Made by a program: the position numbers and the translations under genes. DNA of 64,000 nucleotides from Anthoceros angustus. Lineage: Eukaryota; Plantae; Anthocerotophyta. Below, piece by piece: positions 36,509-46,457 of the stretch. Position 1 is the stretch's first letter; every line of letters begins with the position of its first letter. A model generated the notes under the pieces. That model was not told the DNA's origin. It searched no databases and was given only the letters and a program-made list of their open reading frames with translations. The stretch lies in NCBI GenBank assembly GCA_010909165.1, contig MU008160.1:1612001-1676000 (forward strand), read 5' to 3'.

Positions 36509-38023
36509 ATGGGTGTCCAGAGCCTTCTCTGGGCCGCGCTGCTCCTGTGCTGCCTGCTGCAGCAACATCAGGGGGCGGAAGCTGCCACAAAGGTAGCCTT
36601 GCACAAGAAGTCTTTGGACGCGAAGGGAGTGCGGAATGCAGCAGCGGCCATCAAGGCTAGGGAAAGGGGGCTGAACAGAGAGCAAGGGGCGGTGGCTTCA
36701 TCCCCCGACTACGTTGCGCTCAACAATTTCTTGGATGCGCAGTACTATGGCGAGATCGGGCTGGGCACGCCGCCTCAGAGGTTTACCGTCATCTTCGACA
36801 CCGGTAGCTCCAACCTGTGGGTGCCGTCGTCCAGGTGCTATCTGTCGCTGACCTGCTACTTCCACCACAGGTACAGCTCGGGCAAGTCCAGCACGTACCA
36901 GGCAAACGGCAAGGCATTCGCCATCCAGTACGGGAGCGGGTCTATGTCCGGGTTCCTGAGCCAGGATGATCTGACGATCGGGGATTTGGTTGTGAAGAAG
37001 CAGGTGTTTGCAGAGGCCACGAAGGAGCCCGGGCTCACTTTCCTGGCTGCCAAGTTTGATGGGATCCTGGGGCTGGGGTTTCCGGAGATCTCTGTGGGCG
37101 GGGTGGTACCTGTGTGGGACAACATCTGGGCTCAGGGGCTGGTGCCAGAGAATGTGATATCCTTCTGGCTGAACAGGGATGCTGATGGGAAGGATGGGGG
37201 GGAGCTAGTGCTTGGCGGGGTTGATGAGGAGCACTACACTGGGAGCCATGCGTATGCTCCTGTGACGAAGAGGGGGTACTGGCAGATCGAGATGGGGGAT
37301 GTGAGGATCGGGGGGAAGAGTACTGGGTTTTGTGCTTCAGGGTGCCAGGCTATTGTGGATTCCGGGACCGCCTTGCTGGCTGGGCCCACGGTCATTGTGG
37401 CTGAGATCAACCATGCTATCGGGGCCACCGGGGTGGTGAGCCAGGCTTGTAAGCTGGTGGTGGAGGAGTACAGTGATGTGATCATCGGGATGCTGCTGGA
37501 GCAGGTGGAGGCAGGGAAGATATGCAAGCGTCTTGGGTTGTGTGGTCGTGTGACTGGTGCTGATGCTGTGATCAGGACCGTGGTGGATGAGGATAAAAGT
37601 AGTGGGTTGGGCAAGGAGGCTGTGGGGAGGGATGCTGCATGTGCTGCGTGCGAGATGGCTGTGGAATGGGCGCAGAACCAGCTGAGGGACAACAGGACCA
37701 AGGCTCAGATCGAGAGGTATTTGGATGAGATTTGTGACAGGCTGCCTAGTCCTATGGGTGAGTCTGTGGTGAGCTGTGCGGATGTAGATACCTTGCCCGA
37801 TGTCAGCTTCACCATTGCCGAGAAGGAGTACATACTCTCGCCCAGAGACTATATCCTGCAAGTGGGCCAGGGGGCGGATGCGCAGTGCATCAGTGGGTTC
37901 ATCGGGCTCGATGTTGCACCCCCTGCAGGTCCTTTGTGGATTCTTGGAGATGTGTTCATGGGTGTCTACCACACTGTTTTTGATTATGGCAAGGAAAGGG
38001 TTGGCTTTGCCAGAGCTGTGTAA
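36509..38023 (+). CDS. Phytepsin-type A1 aspartic protease with plant-specific (saposin-like) insert, intronless
   Basis: Single 504-aa ORF with a signal peptide, DAQYYGEIGLGTPPQRFTVIFDTGSSNLW, IVDSGT, PSI cysteines (CKLVV..CKRLGLC..CAACEMAV..CDRLP) and ILGDVFMGVYHTVFD. Confidence 0.96.
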   Translation: MGVQSLLWAALLLCCLLQQHQGAEAATKVALHKKSLDAKGVRNAAAAIKARERGLNREQGAVASSPDYVALNNFLDAQYYGEIGLGTPPQRFTVIFDTGSSNLWVPSSRCYLSLTCYFHHRYSSGKSSTYQANGKAFAIQYGSGSMSGFLSQDDLTIGDLVVKKQVFAEATKEPGLTFLAAKFDGILGLGFPEISVGGVVPVWDNIWAQGLVPENVISFWLNRDADGKDGGELVLGGVDEEHYTGSHAYAPVTKRGYWQIEMGDVRIGGKSTGFCASGCQAIVDSGTALLAGPTVIVAEINHAIGATGVVSQACKLVVEEYSDVIIGMLLEQVEAGKICKRLGLCGRVTGADAVIRTVVDEDKSSGLGKEAVGRDAACAACEMAVEWAQNQLRDNRTKAQIERYLDEICDRLPSPMGESVVSCADVDTLPDVSFTIAEKEYILSPRDYILQVGQGADAQCISGFIGLDVAPPAGPLWILGDVFMGVYHTVFDYGKERVGFARAV

Positions 38024-38031
38024 GATGTCAG

Positions 38032-38220
38032 ATGGCCCAAGGCGTGGGCAACGATGATGGCCTCGCTCTGGTGCCTCTGCCCTCCCCAGAGGACTGCACA
38101 TCTTGCGACTCAATCGGGCTCCTCCATGGTTCCATCTTTACGCCACTGATTCTTGGAGTTGTCCTCATGGGTGTGTACAAACAGTGTTTGATCATGGCAA
38201 GCAACCTGTTGGGCTTTCTT
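38032..38220 (+). pseudogene. Degenerate duplicate of the phytepsin 3' end
   Basis: gattcttggagttgtcctcatgggtgtgtacaaacagtgtttgatcatggcaag aligns with gattcttggagatgtgttcatgggtgtctaccacactgtttttgattatggcaag (about 37957-38010). Confidence 0.7.
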
Positions 38221-38934
38221 CTGGTCCAGCCGCAGAGCTGCAAGTGATGGGTTGGTTTTTAGGCTCTATGCTTGGGAGGGGGCATTCCTCTGATCCATCG
38301 ACTGTTGTTCATGTCATGTATGTACCGTTATCTTATCGATCTGCTCAGGAGTGGAGTCTTGTGATGTTGCGTATCACTCAGTTAGACGTGGTAGATGGGA
38401 CGTGTACACTCTTGTAAGATGTTTGTGGACTCTTTGTAGTTTGTCTGTCCGTTTGTAAACTTTATTTGTTCTGCTGAGGCATCAGGTTACCTCAGTTTTC
38501 CCTCTTGCTGCAAACAGAAAACGGTACTTGGGCCTTGATTCTGCCTTCTTTTCCTCAATACAAGAAGAAGTAGGAGCTAAAGCTAGGTGAAAAAAGTGTA
38601 ATACAGATACATATGGTCTCATCACTATCAAGATAACGAGATCCGTTGCGTCAATAACGAAGATCAGTTACCAGCCCTTCTTAGTACTCCTCCTCCTTTA
38701 CCAAGATGTTCTCTTCACCATTGAACATTATCTAATCAGATTTCACGCGATCCCAACCGCAAGGAGATGCGATGGATGCTTCAAAAAAAAAACAGCAAGC
38801 AGATGCTGTAGACGCCACCTAGTTTGTCAACACACAGTCTGATCTCAGCGACCCACTAATTTGTCACCACACAAATCCTCGCCCTCGGAGGTCTGATGCT
38901 TCTAGGTAGATAAGTAGGAGCAGCAATTCATGAA

Positions 38935-40129
38935 TCAGAAGGCAATCTCGGTTCTCTCAGCAGAGAAAATGCCTGAGGGCATGTCCTTGGCGGGTAACAA
39001 GATTTGCCACACAGCATCTCCTGATGCCACTTCAGGGCTGCGCCACTCATGTTCCTCAGGGAGAAACGACGTTCCAATCTCGCTTTGCGTATAGTCACTG
39101 GCCAAATCCGTGGTGGTCCACCCAGGGCAGAACGTGTTCACGTAGATTTTCTGTCCTGCCGGCCTCGCACCCAGTTTCGTAGCCAAAACCCTTGTATAAG
39201 CGTTTACAAACGCTTTTGATATGCCGTAACTGGTTCCCGACCACGGACTTTCGTTGTCGCCCTTGAGTTCTGCGAAATACTCCTGCACCAGTTCATCCAG
39301 CGCCTCCTCCGAAAGCTTGTCTGCATTGAGTAGTGTCTGCCTTACAGATTCATTGGTAACTCTCTGCAAGGAGCAAGCCAATGCACAGTGCAAGGATGAG
39401 CTTCGCAGTACTCCTGCATTCAGAGTCTGCAACCATCGAAGCAATGTGATAGAAGCTACAAGGCTCACCTGCAGCAAACCTAGTCTTGAGCTGACGGTAA
39501 GCACTCGTGCACCAGCTTCAGATGCCCTCAGTAGAGGCAAGATTGTGCTTGTTATATTTTTCACAGCGTAGTAGTTTGTGTTGAAGGATAACGCAGCGGA
39601 ATTCTCTGGGTCAAAGACACCTGCATTATTGACCTGTACAGAAGACGAGAACAGCATCAGGCAAACATCTACCGCCCTGCTGAGTATACTAGTACTAACA
39701 GACGGAAACCGCAGCAATGTACTTGCAATCAAGGTAACAAGGTATGTACTTAACACCCACCAGAATATCCACACCCCCGTACTGCTCCTTCAACCAGTCC
39801 GCCAGCCTCTGTATGGATTCAGCACTTACAACATCCAGCTGATGATACACAACAGGAAGGCCCTCAGCCACAAGAGTCTTTACAGCTGCTTCCCCTCGCT
39901 TCACGTCCCTTGAAGTCAGGACAGTGATTATTCCTTTCTGGGCGAGCTGTCTCACAATCTCAAATCCTATCCCTTTGTTTGCCCCGGTCACAACAGCCAC
40001 AGTATCTTCTGACCACCATCTGCTCGCATCAGAAGAAAACAAGCGGCAGCATAAGCACAAAGCCACTAACAATCAACTTGCATTCACTCTTCCAATCTTA
40101 AGCTCACACCTTTCACTCTGGGGACCCAT
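38935..40129 (-). CDS. Short-chain dehydrogenase/reductase (carbonyl reductase / neomenthol dehydrogenase-like)
   Basis: MGPQSER|WWSEDTVAVVTGANKGIGFEIVRQLA, DIL|VNNAG, catalytic YGISK, VNTFCPGWTTTDL. Confidence 0.92.
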
Positions 40130-40684
40130 CGTGTAGCCCGAGCTGTAGTTGTCTATCCACTGCCTCCTGCTCCCCTTGTACAGACCCTTTTATGCTGATC
40201 GTGGTGGTCTTTGTTGGGGGATTTCTAGGGGACCTTCATCTTCACAATTGTCTGCGCGACCCTCGTTTTTTATTTGTTTGACTAGAAAGTTGACATCACC
40301 CAAAGCTTTCCAAACTGCTCCGATCTTGTCATGTGAAGGCTGTGGTCCCACGTAGACCAAAAATGATTTTTTAGGAGACCTGCCCTGCATCATCGTCACG
40401 TCCTTCTGCGGACTTTCCTCGACAAGATTTTCCTCATTGTTGAAAGTTGAAATTAACCAATGCTTACAAGCTGATAGAATCTCGTCATCTGAATCTCGTC
40501 GCCGACGACGACATTGGAGCCGACCCAGCAATGTATGGCAGCCCTTACTCTCGGGCAAAGGTAAAAGGTGGGGAGTTTTAGTGGGTGAGGGAGTTTTTCC
40601 TAAGTCCCACATAACCTGCGATGGTATCTAGCACGTACTCAGACGACCTCGGGAAGAGTATAGTCTCTTCCTGTTGGGATAATA

Positions 40685-40930
40685 CGATGTGGTAACATTG
40701 GGGAATCAGAGCCCTTGCTGAAGATTTCTCCCCCGGGTTTGTTTTGATTTATTTTTAAAATATCAAATTAAAAAAAATCTGAATCTTGGTCTTCATATGA
40801 CCTTGGGAAGAGCACAATCTCGATGTGTAACATAGGGGAATCAGAACCCTTTGTTGAAGATTTCTCCCCCGTATTTGTTTTGATTTATTTTCAAAAATAC
40901 CAAATTAAAAAAACCTGAATCTCGTCATAT
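40685..40930. repeat. Tandem duplication of about 130 bp
   Basis: ggggaatcaga..ttgaagatttctcccccg..ttgttttgatttatttt..aaattaaaaaaa..tgaatct occurs twice. Confidence 0.8.
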
Positions 40931-41133
40931 GAAGAAGACCAAGAATATTTCAGTTGAAATCCACGGACGACGGATTTTTCGTCACGGGACTGATCGTCTA
41001 GGGATTCAGAGCCCTGTCGTGTGGACGGTTTGTGCAGAAACGTTTCTTACAGTAGCATGTGAAGAGGCTGGGAATTGGTTTATCGGTAACCCTAAGAAGT
41101 TTCTGTCGGAGCACCAGAACGACTACTTTCTTG

Positions 41134-41773
41134 CTATCTCCTACGTGCAGCAACGCGTGGTTGCCCTACTTGACCCCCAGCAACACCTTCTTCCGGGATG
41201 TTAGCCATCGCACTCAAAAGGTTAACAAGGATCATGGCAGCAGGGAACACGTACATCCACTGCAAAGCACGGACGCACATGTCAAAGTTTCACAGCATAT
41301 GCATTGCTGGTAAGGGGACAGTCTTCCACACTCTAAGCGCCGTGAATGAGGTGAGGGCGACACTTACATATTTTTGCCAGAAAGTTTTCTGGACAGGGAT
41401 CTGGACTTCGCCTTCTGGGCCTGGCTCGCCAATTGGGCCAAGGTCTCGGACTAGTGAGGTCAATCTGAAGGTAAAAGACACTCATTTACGTTTCTTCGTC
41501 ACTAACCTCCAACAGCAAACACACCTAGTGGAGAGCACTTACCTTGTGGCTTGCTCAGTGCTCTTCACTGCAACATGAGCCTGACTGGACGATGGCCACT
41601 TCTTCGGCTGCACAGACATGGCCAGCCAATATGAAACAACCATATCTCACAACCAGGACAGACAAAGAAGGAGATCGAACAACCGGTTAGTGACGAGTGG
41701 AGACTTACTTACGTAGACTTCAGGACGAGGAAACGGGCAATCGCCTTTAGGTCCATAGGAAACTCCAAACACA
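41134..41773 (-). pseudogene. EMC10: 3' half of an ER membrane complex subunit 10 gene (4 exons, 5' half missing)
   Basis: Spliced with GT-AG introns it reads VFGVSYGPKGDCPFPRPEVY|PKKWPSSSQAHVAVKSTEQATR|LTSLVRDLGPIGEPGPEGEVQIPVQKTFWQKY|WMYVFPAAMILVNLLSAMANIPEEG..*. This matches the plant EMC10 C-terminus (SFWAKYWMY + TM). Confidence 0.8.
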
Positions 41774-42420
41774 GAACCTTGAACCTTGAACCTTGAACCT
41801 TGAACCTTGAACCTTGTGAAGAACCGTGAGGCGATTTTTATTGAGGTGAAAAACTGATGGGGGAAGCCCATCCAGAAGCGACAACCAACCAAAGGAGACC
41901 AGGAGATCGAGATGGAGAGGAGCAACTAAGCTCCCTACCTAAAGTCACCTACTGCAACCACAATGTCATATGCAGGAAGAATAAACGGCCTGCAAACCAT
42001 GGAGGTAGAGGAAGATGCGTCAGCTACTGTCACTGCCTTGTGGAAGATCGTCGTTAAGAGCGCCCGTTGAAGGGCAATTGAAACCCGTTGTTGGAAGTAT
42101 CTTTGTGGAAATACGAGGGACGGCCATAGCGTATGCATCGCAGTAGCTTTGGCAGGACTTGACAAATTTGTCAAAGTCCTCAGCCATTGCCCCATACGTT
42201 TCTAGTGCAAGCGGAATAAAGAGGTGGCCCGCTTGCATCCTGCTATATTTGCGGACCTTGAGAGCCGTACTTCCAACAGCAACCCAACCTGGACGGTTAA
42301 TAATGACATGAGCGGAGATGGTATCTCGTGTAGGATCGGTAACCACCACATCTGCCACCAAAACCTGGTCGTGACAGACAAGATACAGGTCAGCCCTAAT
42401 TGAACAACATGTGCGGAGAA
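41774..42420 (-). mobile_element. 5'-truncated non-LTR retrotransposon with restriction-like endonuclease (CRE/NeSL/R2-group-like) and a (TTCAAGG)6 tail
   Basis: RADLYLVCHDQVLVADVVVTDPT..KVRKY..FIPLALETYG, then in a shifted frame FQQRVSIALQRA. AATAAA (+ strand 41837-41842) precedes six GAACCTT units at 41774-41815. Confidence 0.75.
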
Positions 42421-42660
42421 TATACACTGATTGAACAACATGTGCGGAGAGTATACACTCTGCGGAGAGTATGTGAAGAACCCGATCATGTGGACTTCGT
42501 TTTTTCCTTTTCGGTAGTCTATACTTCCATAACATGTCTATATATGTATACAGGCCCGGCTATGAAATGAATGAGCTGGTACGGCGATTACATATCCATG
42601 ACACGTCTATAAATGCAGGCCCGGATATGAAATGAAGGTAGGGCGAGCCTTCTGTTAAAA

Positions 42661-43566
42661 ATGGCGGGTCTTGACGAACGGCAAGCGAGGACTCAAGAGA
42701 GCGATGACGATGGCGATGAGCAACCCGAGGAAATGACTCTGAAGTCGGTGAGTGGTGGCGATGGAGCAGCTAGGGTTTGCATAGATGAGGATGGATGCCA
42801 TGCCGCATGCCTTCCAGCTGACCGTGTCGTTGGCAGGGGCGAATTGCGGCCGAAGACAAAACCAAACAGGAGCGAGCCAGTCAGAAGAGGTGCGCACATG
42901 CATACATTCCAACGCTCTCATAACAAGCGAGCTGTGATGGAACCGATTGCGTGACAGTTGCTTGTGGCATCTGCACCAGAATTGCAGCTGAAGCCAAGGA
43001 AAGGCGGCGCAAATGGTCTGAGAAAGGGAGTGAAAAGAAGGCCAAGGAGAAGGGGAAGCTCGACCCGGTGCTGGAAACGGTCGCTCCTGCTGTTGACAGC
43101 AGCGGATTCCTTCCGGAGGATATTGTTCGTTATCTCACAGCACGAGAACAGTAAGGATTACATCCGTTGCAGATGTGTGGATGTGTAGGAGTGATTCTTG
43201 TAGTATCCTGAGGAGAGAGCGGTTCAATTTCATACTCGTTTTGCACACAGAGCTGCAGAGGTTGCTGAGCCGGAGCCTGAAGGCGAGGAGGAAGAAAAGA
43301 CAGTCGTGTCTGTGAAGAAGCGGAGAAAGTCATCAAAAAGGCTTGACGACAAGGAAAGCAGGTGAGCCGGGGCCGACATCCAGATGTTCTTCAAAGCTGT
43401 TGTGAGGTGGCCTATTGAGTCTGGTGTATGTTGATGCAGGGTGCGAGTTGTGGTGTTGGATGATCACTTCGGGAAAGGAGTGGCACAAGCGGCTCAAGAT
43501 TTCAGACGGGAGCGGTTGTTTGGATCTCGAGTAAATCGATCCACTGCGATGTTGGCGAGGTCCTAG
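42661..43566 (+). CDS. Small nucleolar NOL7/UTP16-like protein (NUC129-like C-terminus), about 4 exons
   Basis: Acidic N-terminus (SDDDGDEQPEEMTL), FLPEDIVRYLTARE, basic patch KKRRKSSKR, terminal exon VRVVVL..AAQDFRRERLFGSRVNRSTAML*. The family call is from recalled similarity. Confidence 0.6.
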
Positions 43567-43594
43567 CGGTAGTCTTGTATCTGATTCAGAGGTA

Positions 43595-43749
43595 GGAGAG
43601 GCCAGAACTGTCATCGGGAGAAATACTGGTTTGGGAGAGGCCGGAACTGTCATCGGGAGAAATACCGGTTTGGGAGAGGCCGGAACTGTCATCGGGAGAA
43701 ATACTGGTTTGGGAGAGGCCGGAACTGTCATCTGGAGAAATACTGGTTT
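43595..43749. repeat. 39-bp tandem repeat, 4 copies, between convergent genes
   Basis: Unit GGAGAGGCCGGAACTGTCATCGGGAGAAATACTGGTTTG with no spacers. Confidence 0.92.
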
Positions 43750-43882
43750 AGAGAAATTGCACTGTGACTGCGACAGCTATCACCAGTACGACTGCAAGCA
43801 ATTTGAGCTTAAATTTGAGCTTGTCATCCACTTTGAGGCCTGAAAAAAGAGGAAGACAATGTACAATCAAGATTTCTGAAGT

Positions 43883-46205
43883 TTAGTAAAAATTCACAGT
43901 TGCGAAGGGACCGGATGCACTACCTTGCTTCTTTCTTTCCTCTCTTGCTGCCTTCTCTTTTGCCAACGCTGCCTCCTTCCTTTCCTCTTCTCCAAGGCGT
44001 CGGCGTAGCACGTTCAAGACGGAGCCGAAATATAATGCCAACACTGTACATGTCATAGTGGACACATTGTATGGCATACTGAAATCTGGCGTTGCCAGTG
44101 GAACCACCAGGCTTTCTGTGTAAATCTGCACCGGTCGGCCAGCCTGCACAAACAATTGTGAGGAGAAAACCCTCAAAATCAGATCGACTTAAAGCAGGAA
44201 GGAAGTCGACAAACTGCTTTCACTAGAGTTTCTACCTCAAAGTTTTGTAGGAGAGGGGTGCACCCCTTCTCATGCTTTGTGCCTGTGCGGATCTCAGGGA
44301 AAGTAATCAGTGCAGACGGAAGGTCAAATCCACGGTTCGCATCTGGAGGATGTTCATCAATGCGAAGAAACCCCTGCAGAATTCCCACAACTGTAAGAAC
44401 TTTTGCAGGGACGACCTAACAAGCACTGAAATATGATCTGCTTGTAGAGTCACCTTATCAAATTCTACACTTATAATAATGTCCGTGGCGTTGGATGGCA
44501 GTTCTAGCTCCATTTCAACAACAGTTGGGTACTTTCGAAATTCTGAAGGCGACAGCCTGACAGACTTGGCTATATGCAGCAGTGGCACTTGCTGCCCATC
44601 CGTAGTAACCATTGAAGTGTGCCAGTAGAGGTGGATGTACCAAGGGAACATCTGAAAAATACTCACAGAGGTGCTTCCCTGCTCTTGTAGATCTCTAGCA
44701 TGCATGTCCCATTTTCCTGCTAATGACTTCCCTGCTCCGGTGTTGGCCAGCAGTTTGATCACCACTGAACCCTTTTGATTCCCGCTCCCAGTCAGAAATC
44801 TAGTGGCCCGGAATGGGCCATGGTGAGCAGACCAAACAACTGGAGCCTTCCACAGCAGTCCAACATTCAGAGGATGGGTTTCCTTTGCTTTTGAAACGTC
44901 ATAGACAAGCAAGGCGGAATCCTGACTGGACCGTTCCTGCCTGCCTCTTAATACCGTTTCTGGTAATGCACGCAGCACAACGGCGTCATTGTGCAGGAGT
45001 TCCCTCCCCCACGAACCGTTCAATTCCACCCCATCACCCACGTCCTTCGCATGCGGTTCTGGTCCAGTTGATTTGTGAGTGCTCAATGAATCCACCAGTG
45101 TATCTCCAAACTCCAAGTACACATGGCTGGAGCTCGCAATTGGGCAGCTCCCTGTTAAGCCGGCTCCAAATAAGGATTCCAAGGACCAGGAAGGCTGTAC
45201 AGTGTGACGAAGCTTTGTCACCCTCATTTCATCTCCCGCTGACGGCCACATAGCAAGAGTCAGGGACTGCTCCAAAACCGTCCCCGTGGGCAGACCATCT
45301 GCCATGCCAAAGTCTCCAGACCTCACATGCACTTTCAGAGAATGGTAGAGCCCTCTGTAAATGCTGGGCCTGTCCATCAAAGTAGCGAGACCGGCCTTGT
45401 CTCTGCACGGAAGCAGCTTGAGCCATGGAGTCAAATTCTCGGTGCAAGCAGCCTCACGTGGGAGGGCCCCGTACCTCATGGAATTGCCGGTGCTTCTCTG
45501 TGCAGTCGAGGCAGTACCTTCCTTCCCACACTCATGTCTACTTGCATTAATACCCACATTGCAGCCTCGCAATGGTGCCAAATCTGGCCGGAATGCAGGC
45601 CCCGGTGCAGCATAGGTTGCCGTAGACTCAAGAAAATTGATGGAAGAACTGAACAGGCCCGAGAGAGCATTTGTTAGTTCCCCCCAAGCGCGATCCACCT
45701 CCTCATCAGGAACACCAAAAACAGCCCAAAGTTCAACACCTTTGGGCTTGGCATTGGAGCTGGGAACAGCATCTGCAGATCCCCAGCGCTGGTAATTCCA
45801 TCTTCCCTGTGTGAAAGACAGCTCCATTTCCCTAATCCGGAACTTCTGAACCTGCCACACACATCCATCCATCCATGCTTCTCAGCAACTGCAATCCTGC
45901 ACCTTCAAGCAGCCAAGCCTTCTGAGAAGCGGGCTGAGAGCAAACAAACTCACCAACTGAAAGATGGCCTTGGAAAAGATGGTGTGGTGATGTCCATAGG
46001 AGGCAACGGGAGGCGAGGAGGAGGTGAAGAAGAAGTGTGCCAGCACCTTGCCGTCCGGCAGAGGCCGCAGCATGAGTTCTTCTGAGAAATCCTCCACATC
46101 TGCTGCCGGTGTCCGGCAGCTCAGTCCGGAACCAGGAACTCCATGCCAGGCAATCAGCAAGAGCAGCAGCAGCAACAGCCGAACGTGAGGCCGCGCATCA
46201 GCCAT
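43883..46205 (-). CDS. PIGT: GPI transamidase subunit PIG-T/GPI16
   Basis: Signal peptide, FSEELMLRPLPDGKVLAHFFF, ELSFTQGRW, LPREAACTENLTPWLKLLPCRDKAGL, DEHPPDANRGFDLPSA, LATPDFSMPYNVSTMTCTVLALYFGS. Confidence 0.95.
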
Positions 46206-46457
46206 CGCTGCTGCTTAGCTGCTTCAATCAACTGAACTCGCATTACGGCCGCGACGCTGAGCATAATTCATAGACGATTCACACCACGGAATTCATGGTG
46301 TTCCTCCGCTGCTGGTTCTCAAGGTCGAACGTTCTACGATGCGTGAAATTTAGACTACGCCAAGGGAACTGCTGTTCTATTGTACAGGTGTCTATAAATG
46401 TACAAGAATTGCACAAGATACTAACTATATATACATAATACAATGAGCTGCGCTGTT

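Noticed and set aside
37337-38113. Long antisense ORFs over the aspartic protease (also 35993-36685)
   Set aside because: They are shadows of a GC3-rich coding strand and have no recognisable motifs.
40190-40612. 140-aa orphan ORF with a weak HMG-box-like KIGAVWKAL
   Set aside because: The rest of the HMG pattern is absent, there is no splice structure, and the codon bias is not coding-like.
43595-43749. Repeats in the CRISPR size range (also the 54-bp arrays at 27.6 kb and 63.2 kb)
   Set aside because: The units are contiguous with no unique spacers, there are no cas genes, and the context is eukaryotic.
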